Source of the DNA: Amphiscolops sp. MND2022
Lineage: Eukaryota
Reading direction: 5' to 3'
NCBI GenBank assembly: GCA_964187785.1
Contig: OZ076409.1
Span: 61,506,001-61,570,000 of the forward strand
DNA length: 64,000 nucleotides
The translations under genes were made by a program, and so were the position numbers. The notes below the pieces were generated by a model, which saw only the letters and a program-made list of their open reading frames with translations, searched no databases and was not told the DNA's origin. Each line of letters starts with the position of its first letter. The first letter of the stretch is position 1. This document shows, piece by piece, positions 23,135 to 33,601 of this stretch.

Positions 23135-24049
23135 CTACTCAAATTTGTGGAAAATATTCATACTTTCTAACGTTTTGTTGTTAGAGTCAAAGTCGAATAT
23201 GCTTCTTAAAAGTTCTTGTTCATAGTATTTTCCTTGAATAATTTCTCCGTTTTCATCATTTAGAGTGTATGTTACTGGGTTTGTTTTGTTGATGCTGTGT
23301 ATTTTAAAAAGTTCTCTATTCCAATTTGTTGTATAACCTTTTGAATAAATGTTCCTTTTGTCGGGAACTCTTACAAAATCTCCCACTTGGAATTTAGGTA
23401 ATTTATTGATATGATTATTATTATCATTTTTGGGTATCAGATTGGGCGAAGCTGCGGTAGCTGTCGCGCGCGAAGCTGCACAAAAACTCATTTCAAAAGG
23501 TGTCATTTTTGTTGTACCATGCACCCTATTATTATACTTATCCAAAGCAGCATCAAGGTGATTCAACCAGTTACCTTTACCCTCAATATACATTGGTTCT
23601 TTGATTAAGTCCAGAAGTGTTCTATTGAAACGTTCAACAAAAACAGCCTTCAAATCTGAATTAGTTGAATAAATTTGAATGTTTTGCTCTTTTAAATAGT
23701 GTAAAAATGTTGTGTTGTAAAACTCTTTACCTCTATCACTCCAAATTTTGTGTGGTTTTCTCTTCTCTTTTTCAATGAGACTTTTTATTGCAGTAGTTGT
23801 ACTTTTTCCTGATTAATCTTTGAGGGGACCCGCCCATGCATATTTGGTATGATTGTCAATTATTGTGAAAATAAACTTGTAGTTTTTGTTGTATTTGCTT
23901 AAGTTTGAGCGATCAATTAAATCGATACTCCAACATTCATCTTTATAGTGAGTTTGTATTTGAATTCTTTGAAACTTCTTGATTACAGGAGAGAATGTTT
24001 CTTTAGCAATCTGCTCTTTGCGAAGCTCCGCCTTTTGATTCATGTTCAT
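23135..24049 (-). pseudogene. Retroviral-type (rve) integrase, one in-frame stop at 23813-23815
   Basis: WSIDLID, IDNHTKYAW, WSDRGKEF (read through the stop), VERFNRTL give the DDE triad; C-terminal KFQVGDFVR...KGYTTNW. Confidence 0.92.
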
Positions 24050-24242
24050 TTATAACAATTTTTTATAAATAAATGAATAATGATTATTGCTTGCAGAGCT
24101 ACAGAAATAAATATCAAGGTGAAGGAGCCGGCGCGAAAGCTAGCGCGGGAGGTGGCGCGGGAGCTGGCGCGGAGCTGGCGCGGGAGCTGGCGCGGCCAAT
24201 TGGTATCAGAAAACACGAATTTATAAAGTAATCACAAATCCT

Positions 24243-25313
24243 ATGTTTATTGTATGTTTAAATATATTTATAGGTATTATTGTTGTAATATATTGGAATT
24301 ATATTCGTCCTAGACAGTTTAAAACAATTTATAAAAAACTACTACAATTTGCAGGGTTCAAATACTCTCATCTGACAAACCAGGAACGCGAAGCCCCCCA
24401 GGATACACGCGAAGCTACGCACAACAACAACTCACATAACAATTCTCATTGCAACGCGCATTTCATAATTTATGGTAGTAGTGGCTCTGGGAAGACAAGT
24501 TTTTTAAAGCATTATTTGGCACAAGTTGCAGAGCTTCGCCAAAGAAATTACGTAGTTTTCGGGCGAGATGAACGTGAGTTTCCCTCTCAAAGTTTTGTAC
24601 CACTACTGCAGTTGGAGAAAGTTAGTATTGAATCACTTACTAATAAAATTGTTGTACTGGATGATGCAGGTGCATACAAAAGTCTTAAAACAAAAGTAGA
24701 AGACCTTTTCCGATTTGGTAGACACTTGGGGATTCAAGTGATATACCTTGCTCACTATGCAAAGGATGTTCTTCCAATCGTGAGGGAAAATTGCTTCAAA
24801 ATATACTTAACAATTAATAACCCAGATAACTTCTTCGAGTCGATTGTACAAACTTATGCATTAGCTTCCGCGATCAAAGACGGGTTTAATTGGAAATACT
24901 ACCGCGATCTGTTAGAATATGGTATAATTGAATTTGACACAAGGAGTCAGAAATACAAGGTATTAAACAACAAGCACAACTTAATTTATGATTCGAGCAA
25001 ACGAACTAAATGGGGTCCAGAACAACTTGTTGCTTATGAAAGTTACTTTTTCACTGGTGATGAATACAACAAACTCAAAACTTTCTTAGAGGAAATGTCC
25101 GACCAGACAATTGAAATAACACCACTCAACATAGCTTATTATTATGTAGCATATTGCAAACAAAATAATATTAAAGTAAATGAATCCAAAATAGACAACT
25201 ACGTTGAGCGTATGCAAAAACCACTAATTAGTGATTCAGTTAAAGAGGACGTCAAGAAGGTAATTTATGATCATGCAAAAAATTTTACTAAAAATAAGCT
25301 AAATATTGTTTAG
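24243..25313 (+). CDS. A32/FtsK-like P-loop ATPase #1 with N-terminal hydrophobic segment
   Basis: Walker A GSSGSGKT, Walker B VVLDD, GRH, VREN; intact 356-aa ORF. Confidence 0.8.
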   Translation: MFIVCLNIFIGIIVVIYWNYIRPRQFKTIYKKLLQFAGFKYSHLTNQEREAPQDTREATHNNNSHNNSHCNAHFIIYGSSGSGKTSFLKHYLAQVAELRQRNYVVFGRDEREFPSQSFVPLLQLEKVSIESLTNKIVVLDDAGAYKSLKTKVEDLFRFGRHLGIQVIYLAHYAKDVLPIVRENCFKIYLTINNPDNFFESIVQTYALASAIKDGFNWKYYRDLLEYGIIEFDTRSQKYKVLNNKHNLIYDSSKRTKWGPEQLVAYESYFFTGDEYNKLKTFLEEMSDQTIEITPLNIAYYYVAYCKQNNIKVNESKIDNYVERMQKPLISDSVKEDVKKVIYDHAKNFTKNKLNIV

Positions 25314-25604
25314 TAATTATTTAGTGATTAGTGATTATTTAGTGATTATTTAGTGATTCTTAGTGATCTCTAAATTTCTCTAAATTCCTCTAAGAATCAC
25401 TAAGGTTTCACTAAGAGCATTTATTTTCACTAAATATAATCGCTATAATTCGCTATAATCTTTAATCTTAGAGAAATAAATACTCTTAGAGACACTTAGT
25501 GAAACCTTAGTGATTTAGTGAAATTTGCTTAGTGACTACATAGTGATTACATAGAGATTACATAGTGATACTGAGTGATTCTTAGAGGAATTTAGTGATT
25601 TTTT
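25309..25604. repeat. Intergenic TAGTGATT-rich region with nested inverted repeats
   Basis: Perfect 21-bp IRs at 25395-25415/25495-25515 and 25381-25401/25574-25594. Confidence 0.75.
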
Positions 25605-25613
25605 ACTAAACAA

Positions 25614-26621
25614 ATGAATTGCTCAATTTGTAATAAAAGTAGTGAAAAAAGTTTGTGTGATGATTGTAGAAATAAAAAAAGATGTAAGGAATGTAATATT
25701 ATGAAGAATTGTAATACTTTTTATTCATACAAAAATGGTAAAATGTACAATTCATGCAAAGTGTGTTTTAATAAAAAGGTGAGGTGTGAATTTTGTGGTG
25801 AGAAAGTTATTTAAGGTCACACATCAAGAAGCAACACTTGTATCAGCATTATAATCGCGCGAAAGCTGCCGCAGGAGCATTCGCAGCTTCGCACACAACT
25901 GCACAGATTCGCACAAATATTAATACCGGGGGTGACTTGCTTCCCACACAGCTTCGCGATAGCTACCGCAAAATGATGATAATGCGGGAGCTAACGCGGG
26001 AGCTAATGCTAATAGTGGTGTGAACGAAACTAATAGAACATTAATAGTTGGCCCATCATTTTGTGGTAAAACTCATTTGTTGTTGAATAAATTACGATTG
26101 ATTCGTTTGGAAGATCCAGAGAAACAAATTCGTATCATTACAAGGAGTCCAGAACAATATGAGGATGTGGAGCTTTATATTCAAGGAATAGAAGTGGAAG
26201 AAAATGTGGGGGGTTTGGAAGAGTATAGGGGGTGTTGTGTAGTATTTGATGATATGTTAGACTCCAACCAGAAATTGATTGATCCATTTTTTACTAGGGG
26301 AAGACACAAATCTTGTGATGTTTATTATTTATGTCAGAGTTATTTTGATGCACCAAAAAAACAGTTAGGAACAATTCGAATATAATAATTTTATTTCAAC
26401 AAACACTGAAAGATGTAGAACATATTCATAGGGACATATCAGGTTTTGATATGTCTTATGAGGAATTCAAAAGTGTGTGCAGAGAAGCATGGAACGAAAA
26501 ATTCAACTACCTTTTAATAAACAGATTGGAAGATAAAAAAGGGAGTAGGTACAGGGTTTGTAATGAATCTAATCCAAATTACAAGATCTTTAATCCACAA
26601 ACTGATCCTTTAAGTAATTAG
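25614..26621 (+). pseudogene. Zinc-finger region plus A32-like packaging ATPase #2, frameshifted
   Basis: CxxC-rich N-terminus (25614-25840); GPSFCGKT, VVFDD, GRH, LCQ; after a frameshift at the A-run near 26356 it continues TVRNNSNIIILFQQ to a stop at 26619-26621. Confidence 0.75.
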
Positions 26622-26637
26622 GGACTTCGTGAGGAGA

Positions 26638-27690
26638 TTAGGAGATCAAGTTGCTTCGTATATTTTGGTTTTGAGAAGGTGATATGCATTCATACTCCAA
26701 TAACTTGTCTATAATTGCAATAATTTGTTCATTAATTAAAAAACTATCATTTTCTCCAACTTTTGCAAAATAAAGTAGTTTCAATTGATCCACTAATTCG
26801 TCTGGGTCAGATGGGAGGAAAATGTACTGTTGTGAATATTCGCGATAGCTTTCGCGATAGCTTTCGCCATTTAATCCACTTCCTGTGAAGCCCTGTGATT
26901 GGCCCTGTGCGAAGCCCTGCAAATCATGTGCTTTTGTGTAGCCCTGTGCGAAGCCTTGCGTGTAGCCCTGCAATTGATAGCGAGAGTATAATTCTTTAAT
27001 AAATTGATGTCTGATTGATTTTTAATCTCCATAATTTAGATCATATTTCATATCATTTAAGAAGTTATAAATTGAGTCCCAGTTATTTATTTGTTTGTCA
27101 AATTGTGTATTAGTTATAAAATATTGAAGATCTGGGTTACTAAGATCATATGAATTCCCATTCTCGAAAATCATTGTTGAACCTTTAATTAGTACTTGTT
27201 GTGGGTTATGGGGATTAATTGTGAATAAATTAGGATTGTCTTGTGCGAAGCTCTACGTAATTGGTTCTAAACTAAATTGACTTTTGTTTTTGTCATTAAG
27301 TAAATTAGAAACTGTTTTTACAATACTAGAATCAACCTTGTTGGAATTAACAAGACTTGTAAGAAGCTGATTATTATGATTTGTAACTTCATTATATTGT
27401 TTTATTCCTTCTTTAAAAGAATTTTGAAGAGTATTATTATTGTGTTCTATTGCTTTTGTCTGATTTTCAATTGCTTGTGTAACCCCTTGGGTTTGTTTGT
27501 CAATGGCTTGTAGTTGTTTTTCATTTGATTCCACCTGTTTTATAGTGACAGGTTCAAAAGTTTCTTCAAGGTCATAATGAAAGTCTTGCTTCCCTAGTTT
27601 CTCTTTTAATCTTTCTTTGCGTACTGAAGATTTTGTTTCTTGTAATTTTTTTAATTTTTCCAAGTCATCTTGGGTGTGAATTGAATACAT
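26638..27690 (-). pseudogene. Conserved Polinton protein with GSGL site and C-terminal LPSDPDELVDQLKLL motif; two in-frame stops
   Basis: ORFs 27253-27690 and 26638-26973 are in frame, with stops at 27253 and ~27023; the DPxELVDxLxLL motif is recurrent in Polinton ORFs. Confidence 0.6.
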
Positions 27691-27703
27691 TTATTAAGTA
27701 TAA

Positions 27704-28210
27704 TTAGTGGATTTTCCCCAGATACAGGCCTTTACTATTAGTTCTTGCTTTTCTGTTTGTGTTGCTTGTGTTAGCTGCTTTGCTGCCTGCTTTGCTGCCT
27801 TTACTCGACAAACCTTCAGCTTTGTATAACCCCTTCCCTTGATGAACCAATTTAATAACGTCAGGGGCAGTTGCGGCAATTAATCGTGGATTTTTACTTG
27901 CTGCTGCAGTTCCAATATTTGCTGCTAATTCTAGTGCGCGGCCTGGATTATTGAGTATTTTCTTTCCAACATTTTTGGCTGCAGAACCTAAATGTTTGAA
28001 AAAGTCTCCCAATCCTTCCCCATCTATTGTTCGTTCAGATACAATTAGACTCTTATTTCTGTTACATATCATGCAGTTGCCACGTAATGTGTGTACGGGC
28101 CTGCCCATCTGTATCCCAGTGTTTGTAATTTCTCCATGAATATTTGTGGTGGGAGAATAATGTTTTCCACCAACACAATATGAATTATTCATAAATTTAT
28201 TATAACCCAT
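27704..28210 (-). CDS. Putative virion core/membrane-lytic protein (Zn-ribbon-like N-terminus, GEG site, amphipathic helix, basic tail)
   Basis: YCVGGKH...CMIC; DGEG followed by LGDFFKHLGSAAKNVGKKIL; Lys/Ala-rich C-terminus. Confidence 0.5.
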   Translation of the reverse strand: MGYNKFMNNSYCVGGKHYSPTTNIHGEITNTGIQMGRPVHTLRGNCMICNRNKSLIVSERTIDGEGLGDFFKHLGSAAKNVGKKILNNPGRALELAANIGTAAASKNPRLIAATAPDVIKLVHQGKGLYKAEGLSSKGSKAGSKAANTSNTNRKARTNSKGLYLGKIH

Positions 28211-28277
28211 TTATTAGAAAAAAATTATCATTTTTGTGGAGCTTCGTGAAAGCTATCGCGAAAGCTATCGCCCAACA

Positions 28278-29341
28278 TCATATTTTAATAATTTGAATTG
28301 TGAAGGTGAGTGTCTTCCCGTTGAAATCAACTGAATCATGATTAGAGTCCTCAAGGAAAAATTGAATGGTGTCCAGTCGTGTTTTGTTAATTGATTTGTA
28401 CGAAACAGTTGTGGGTTCTTTTATAATTTTATATCCGGGAGGTGCGCTTAAATTGAAAGAAAATAAAGTTTGTTCTCGTATACCATTAACAATTGAACCA
28501 TCTACACAGTCGCACTTCAGATGAACTTTGTCGGTGGTTGTTATCATGACTGGTTTTTCTGAAGTGTGAGTTCCGGATGGGTAATCACGTTGTGTAAAAC
28601 CCAGGACTTTGTTAAGTTTGGAGATAAAATGAATAGGGTTTGAGGTTGTTAAAACTGATTTCATCGATATTGTGTCGGGTATTATGTTGAATTCAATACT
28701 AAAAACTGTAAGATCCTTTTTGAATTTTGACTTATCATCTAATTCATAACCTGAATCAGTAATTATTTGTTTTATGGTATTATTTATTTCAGTCAGTTCG
28801 TATACACCTGGAACTAAATTTATATCAATAAACTCATTCTCAATTTCAAAGTTTGGAATAGTTATAGGAATGTTGCTCTTCATTTGCTTTAAATAGTCAA
28901 AACCTTTTTTTGGAAGTTTCTTCTTTTTTTTTATAACTAGTAAGTAAATATATATTAGCTTTTTCTATAAATTCATAGTAAAGTTTATTATTTTCTAAAT
29001 CGTAAGTTTCAAATAGTTTTTTTTATATTTGGCACCACTCCCGTGTCAAACTCAAGTGCATCGAGTTGTCGATCATTTAGAATAATCTGTAGTTTGTTAT
29101 TGCTGTTAGTGATATTATAAACTGTATTGTATACTTCTAAACTTGTTACTCCCATCATCCATTTTTCATTTAACGTGAGAGGAACATCGAATGAGAAAGA
29201 TTCTTTTTGTTTAGTCATTTTAAATTCTAGAGTTTCTTGTGGTTTAGAATGAGTATTTTCAACAATTTCTTGATTAGATTTTGCAATACTTAAAAGAAGA
29301 GATTCTTTTTTATTATAAGTTACGAAGGTGGATAGATCCAT
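28278..29341 (-). pseudogene. Minor capsid (penton) protein, frameshifted
   Basis: N-terminal FDVPLTLNEKWMMGVTSLEVYNTVYNI; C-terminal VHLKCDCVDGSIVNG...PPGYKIIKEP...VDFNG. Confidence 0.8.
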
Positions 29342-29344
29342 TTA

Positions 29345-29581
29345 TTATAGATTAAATTGTTTGAATCCACTAGCGGAAATGTTATTTATAAATTCTTGCC
29401 TATCTTTTGATAATGTTTTCTTATGCGATAGCTTCCGCAAATTTATTGTATTTTTTCCATGATTTTGATTTTGATTGTGAAGCTGTTCTGTGGAGCTGTG
29501 CGTGAAATTTTGTGCGTTAGCTGTCGCAAAGCTGCGCGAGATAATTTTATATTGAGTTGAATAATTATTAATTTTCTTCAT
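29345..29581 (-). CDS. Small Polinton ORF between protease and penton
   Basis: 78-aa ORF whose start overlaps the protease stop and which ends 3 nt before the penton ATG. Confidence 0.4.
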   Translation of the reverse strand: MKKINNYSTQYKIISRSFATANAQNFTHSSTEQLHNQNQNHGKNTINLRKLSHKKTLSKDRQEFINNISASGFKQFNL

Positions 29582-30000
29582 TTATTAAGTTTGAAAGTTT
29601 GGTAGTATAAATTTAGTACTGCATTTTTGAACCCAATTTTATTTGTGAGATACAGTGTGTATAAACAATACGCCGCGCAATAACTGTCGTTTGTCTGAAT
29701 TTGATATTCTGGATAAATACCATTTTTAATATGATTAAGTATATTAAATGGAGGTGGGCATCCATATGAATCAAAATAATTTTGATTTGTAAACATAACC
29801 CAGTGTGTTCCCACTGAGGGATGTAAGTTAACTATACCACTGGTAGTGGTAAATTTATCATCTCTCATGTATATTCCACACTCTGTTATGTTCATGAGTT
29901 TTAAGATTTCTTTTATTTTTACATTGGAAGTTGCTTCGTTTTTTAATCCATATTTTTCAGCAAAGTCTTTGAATGAGAGATAATTGCGAAGCTGTGCCAT
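29578..30000 (-). CDS. Adenain-like cysteine (maturation) protease
   Basis: GTHWV, YFDSYGCPP, QIQTNDSYCAAYC supply the H/D/Q/C catalytic set. Confidence 0.88.
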   Translation of the reverse strand: MAQLRNYLSFKDFAEKYGLKNEATSNVKIKEILKLMNITECGIYMRDDKFTTTSGIVNLHPSVGTHWVMFTNQNYFDSYGCPPPFNILNHIKNGIYPEYQIQTNDSYCAAYCLYTLYLTNKIGFKNAVLNLYYQTFKLNK

Positions 30001-30075
30001 TTATTAGTTATTTTTCATTGTTGTGTATTAATGTTATGTGATGCTGCGCGTGGCTAAACTTATTTCCCATGTGGT

Positions 30076-30624
30076 AAAAATACAAAACCCATAGGCATGT
30101 CATTGTTCTTTGTATTGACATGCCTATGGTAAACTCAAAGCCCATCGGGAGTCCGTTCCACTTAGAGTTTCCACAGCAGAGATTATCCTTTTTAAGAACT
30201 GTGCCATTGGTGATTATTCTCCCATAGCATGTAAGTTGTAACAAAGACTGGGGGACGTTGGATAGAAGTGAACCCCAAACACTCCGGCCGAAGCCTTAAT
30301 TTTAGTAAATGCTATAACCACTAAGCTATGGGAGACAAAGATGTGTTAGTTGTAGTTATATAAGAAGAACGTATGCGCCGGTACATTAACGCTGGTTGTA
30401 CATTAACGCTGGTTGTGCATTAGCGATGGTTGTGCATTAGCGCTGGTTGTGCATTAACGCTGGTTGCAACGTTGACATTAAACTATAAAGGTTAGTGAAT
30501 TTTGCTTCATGGCAAAACACTGTTTTTGATGATTTGTCTTCTAAAAAGTCCTTAAAATCAATGGTTTTGAGGACTTTTAATTTTTGGCGTTTTGTTGGCC
30601 AGTATCGGGATTTCCACTACTACT
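30076..30624 (-). repeat. Right TIR of Polinton (contains second copy of candidate Pol III RNA, 30076-30336 minus)
   Basis: Reverse complement of the left TIR, ending ACTACTACT. Confidence 0.9.
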
Positions 30625-31219
30625 CACCGAAAACCTATCAAAATGAAAAACTGCGGAAAAAATGTTTCGTAAAATTTTCAAAAAATTTTTGACGGAGGTC
30701 TCCGGATGTCGCATAGAAAACCCAAAGGAGTCCTCGTAAGCTCGCATTTAAAATTTGTTTCGTTTCGTTCCTAGGAAAAATTGAATGGTATGGCTTCGAT
30801 AAAATAAATCAGAAAAAAGCCGCAAAGAAAAAACGACGATTTTGAACGAATCTCACAATGCCAAAAATTTTGAAAATAGGGACACTTTGGGCTTTTTAAA
30901 AGTCCAAATTGATGCAAGTGCTACAGTACCAGTGCATAAAAAGAGGACAATTCAGAGTGAGACTCATACAAAAAAGAAACAAGACGGGAACGTCTAAACT
31001 CGGCGCTATATCTAAGGCTCAAATCGCGCAACGTTTCTAAAATTGTAAAAGAATCAAAACAGGGACCCTTTGTCATTTTTTCATCATCCATTCTGTTGCA
31101 TAAGTTCAAAGAAAAATCAAGGTAGAACCTTTTGGAGGCAAAAAGTTTTGGGATCTCTCTCAAAAGTCATGACCGCAAGTTTGGACACGATGCTCATGGA
31201 GAAATTGAGGAAAAAGAAA

Positions 31220-31763
31220 ACAAGCCGGGAACGGCCAAAGTCGTCGCTACATCTAAAGCTCAAAATTGTAAAAGAAGGGACCATTTGGGCTTTGTGAAAC
31301 CCCAGTTGATTGCAAAATATGAAAAAAATTAAAGTGGGACCCTTGAGAGACTTTTAGAAATTTACGGAAAAATTTGAAAATGAGATTTTTGAACAGTGTT
31401 ACAGTGCCGAAAAATGTAAAAGGGGGACCCTTTGTGATTTTTTGAGATCCATTGTGTTGCAAAATATCGAAACAAACGAAGGGGAGACCATTTGGTTGAA
31501 TCCAAAAAAAATTCAAAAAAAGTCGCATAGTGCCGAAAAAATCCGAGTGAAAAACACCAAAGGGGGGTCCTATGTTTTCGAGGTCCTGGACGTTGATGTT
31601 TTTGTTTTGGACGAGGTTCTGGCGTTTCGAGTTTGTATTGGACGTCCGTAGTTCAAGTTGATGATGTTGAACTAATGAACAAAAAAGTGACCGATCGCGT
31701 TGAATTGACGAAAAATTACTAGGCACTGTAAGAGTCGTGCATTTTCTTCGAAAAGCCGACTAA
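31220..31763 (+). mobile_element. Helentron/HINE-like repeat, same family as 1083-1460
   Basis: ACAAGCCGGGAACGG start; AGTGCCGAAAAA internal motifs; CACTGTAAGAGTCG...GCCGACTAA end. Confidence 0.5.
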
Positions 31764-32472
31764 GAACAGAAAAAATATTTGAAATAATAAAACAAAACAC
31801 ATACGAGATGAAAAACAGCAGAAAAACGATAACAAAAGCATCATTTGCGAAGAAGAGGAAAGAGAAGAAATGAAGGTGAACTGTAGAAAGACTGAACAAA
31901 ACCGAAAAACAAATTTACGAACATCAAATTATTTAACTGCTGTCGCGTTATGACTAACGCTTAATCAATAATACAAATGCAACTGCAACAATAAAGTGCT
32001 CAACAAAAAACACCTGATTCAATAAAAAGCTCTACAAACGTCCCAGGGATACTCTTCCGTTCCTAATCAAAAATTCCCCCGCAAAAAATACAAAGCTAAT
32101 CAATTCTCTTTGTGCTACCGCGCAGTTTATGATTAAAAACACCTGATTTAATAAAAAGCTCAACGATCATCCCAGGGCTTCAGAGCCGTTCCTTATCAAA
32201 AATTCCCCTGCAAAAATACAAAGCTAATCAATTTCCTTTGAGCTACAGAGAAGTTTATTATTAAAAAAAACACCTGCATAAACAAAGCAGGAATTTGAAC
32301 TAACCTGGAGAAGGAGGGAGCTGAAGATAAATAACTAATGAAGTTGGGCGGCAGCTGAAACTTATAAAAAGGCCGCAGAATAATGGGATAAAAGAAGTTT
32401 CTTCTACCGCGGGATTGCACAAATGAAAAATTCTATTATTTACCGCGGAGATCTGAAATCTAATGCTAAGCT

Positions 32473-32536
32473 CTGATTGGCTGAACGAAAAACAGGCCAA
32501 TCAGGCACTTCGGCAGAAGTGCTGAACCGTTTTTAT
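32473..32536 (+). promoter_or_regulatory. Candidate LTR promoter: inverted CCAAT boxes and TATA-like element
   Basis: CTGATTGG (32473) and CCAATCAG (32497), then TTTTATA (~32530); same in the 3' LTR. Confidence 0.4.
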
Positions 32537-32896
32537 ACGGCGTGCACAGGCTGGAGCTTCATTCTTTCCTCCAACCGGCAGAGCTTCAACACCTAAAAAG
32601 CTCTCTCCCTTTCTCACTTCTACTTCTCTTCCCTTCAACCTGCTCCAACTCTACTTATCTTCTCTCCGCTAAATTCTTGAATTATTTTCCCCTTGGACTA
32701 AAAATTTCTATCTTACTTTCTTCCCCTTTTTGCTTTGGCTCTCAAATTTGCGAAGTCACAATCCCTCTTTCTTGAATTTTCTATCTTAGAGAATTCACCT
32801 CAATCCGACAACAGTCCCAGGTCTGGTGAGTGAAAAAATAACTTAGTTTCTTTTTTGTGGAGATTTCTGATTCTCCCCTTTCTAACTAAATTATAT

Positions 32897-33601
32897 CTTA
32901 GAAAAACTCCACTGATTCTACTCAGTGGTTGTTTAAAATATTTCTTAGAAAAGTTCCACTGATTCTACTCAGTGGTTGTTTAAAATATATCTTAGAAAAA
33001 TTCCACTGATTCTACTCAGTGGTTGTTTAAAATATAACTTAGAACAATTCCACTGATTCTACTAAGTGGTTGTTTAAAATATATCTTAGAAAAATTCCAC
33101 TGATTCTACTCAGTGGTTGTTTAAAATATAACTTAGAAAAATTCCACTGATTCTACTCAGTGGTTGTTTTAAATATATCTTAGAAAAATTTCACTGATTC
33201 TACTCAGTGGTTGTTTAAAATATTTCTTAGAAAAATTCCACTGATTCTACTCAGTGGTTGTTTAAAATATAACTTAGAACAACTCCACTGATTCTACTCA
33301 GTGGTTGTTTAAAATATATCTTAGAAAAATTCCACTGATTCTACTCAGTGGTTGTTTAAAATATAACTTAGAAAAACTCCACTGATTCTACTCAGTGGTT
33401 GTTTAAAATATATCTTAGAAAAATTTCACTGATTCTACTCAGTGGTTGTTCAAAATATATCTTAGAAAAATTCCACTGATTCTACTCAGTGGTTGTTTAA
33501 AATATATCTTAGAAAAATTCCACTGATTCTACTCAGTGGTTGTTTAAAATATATCTTAGAAAAATTCCGCTGATTCTACTCAATGGTTGTTTAAAATATA
33601 T
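32897..33601 (+). repeat. 47-bp tandem array (15 units), each with a CCACTGA-TTCTAC-TCAGTGG hairpin
   Basis: Unit CTTAGAAAAATTCCACTGATTCTACTCAGTGGTTGTTTAAAATATAT; 705 bp = 15 x 47. Confidence 0.95.

Larger units (their letters stand above)
15533..30624. mobile_element. Polinton/Maverick (adintovirus-like endogenous DNA virus), 15,092 bp, disabled
   Basis: AGTAGTAGT...ACTACTACT termini; long TIRs; 6-bp TSD CACCGA (15527-15532, 30625-30630); encodes pPolB, rve integrase, capsids, ATPases and adenain. Confidence 0.97.

Noticed and set aside
17844..29341. Programmed frameshifting or readthrough in Polinton genes
   Set aside because: Disruptions are many, scattered and often in homopolymers; decay or sequencing error is simpler.
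15533..30624. Bacterial prophage or contamination
   Set aside because: rve integrase, adenain, 6-bp TSD, AGT-repeat termini and spliceosomal host exons on both sides indicate a eukaryotic Polinton.
32897..33601. CRISPR-like array (hairpin repeats with AATT…CTACT, superficially like Cas12a repeats); also 49757-50555
   Set aside because: Units are head-to-tail with no unique spacers, lie inside LTRs, and there are no cas genes; eukaryotic context.
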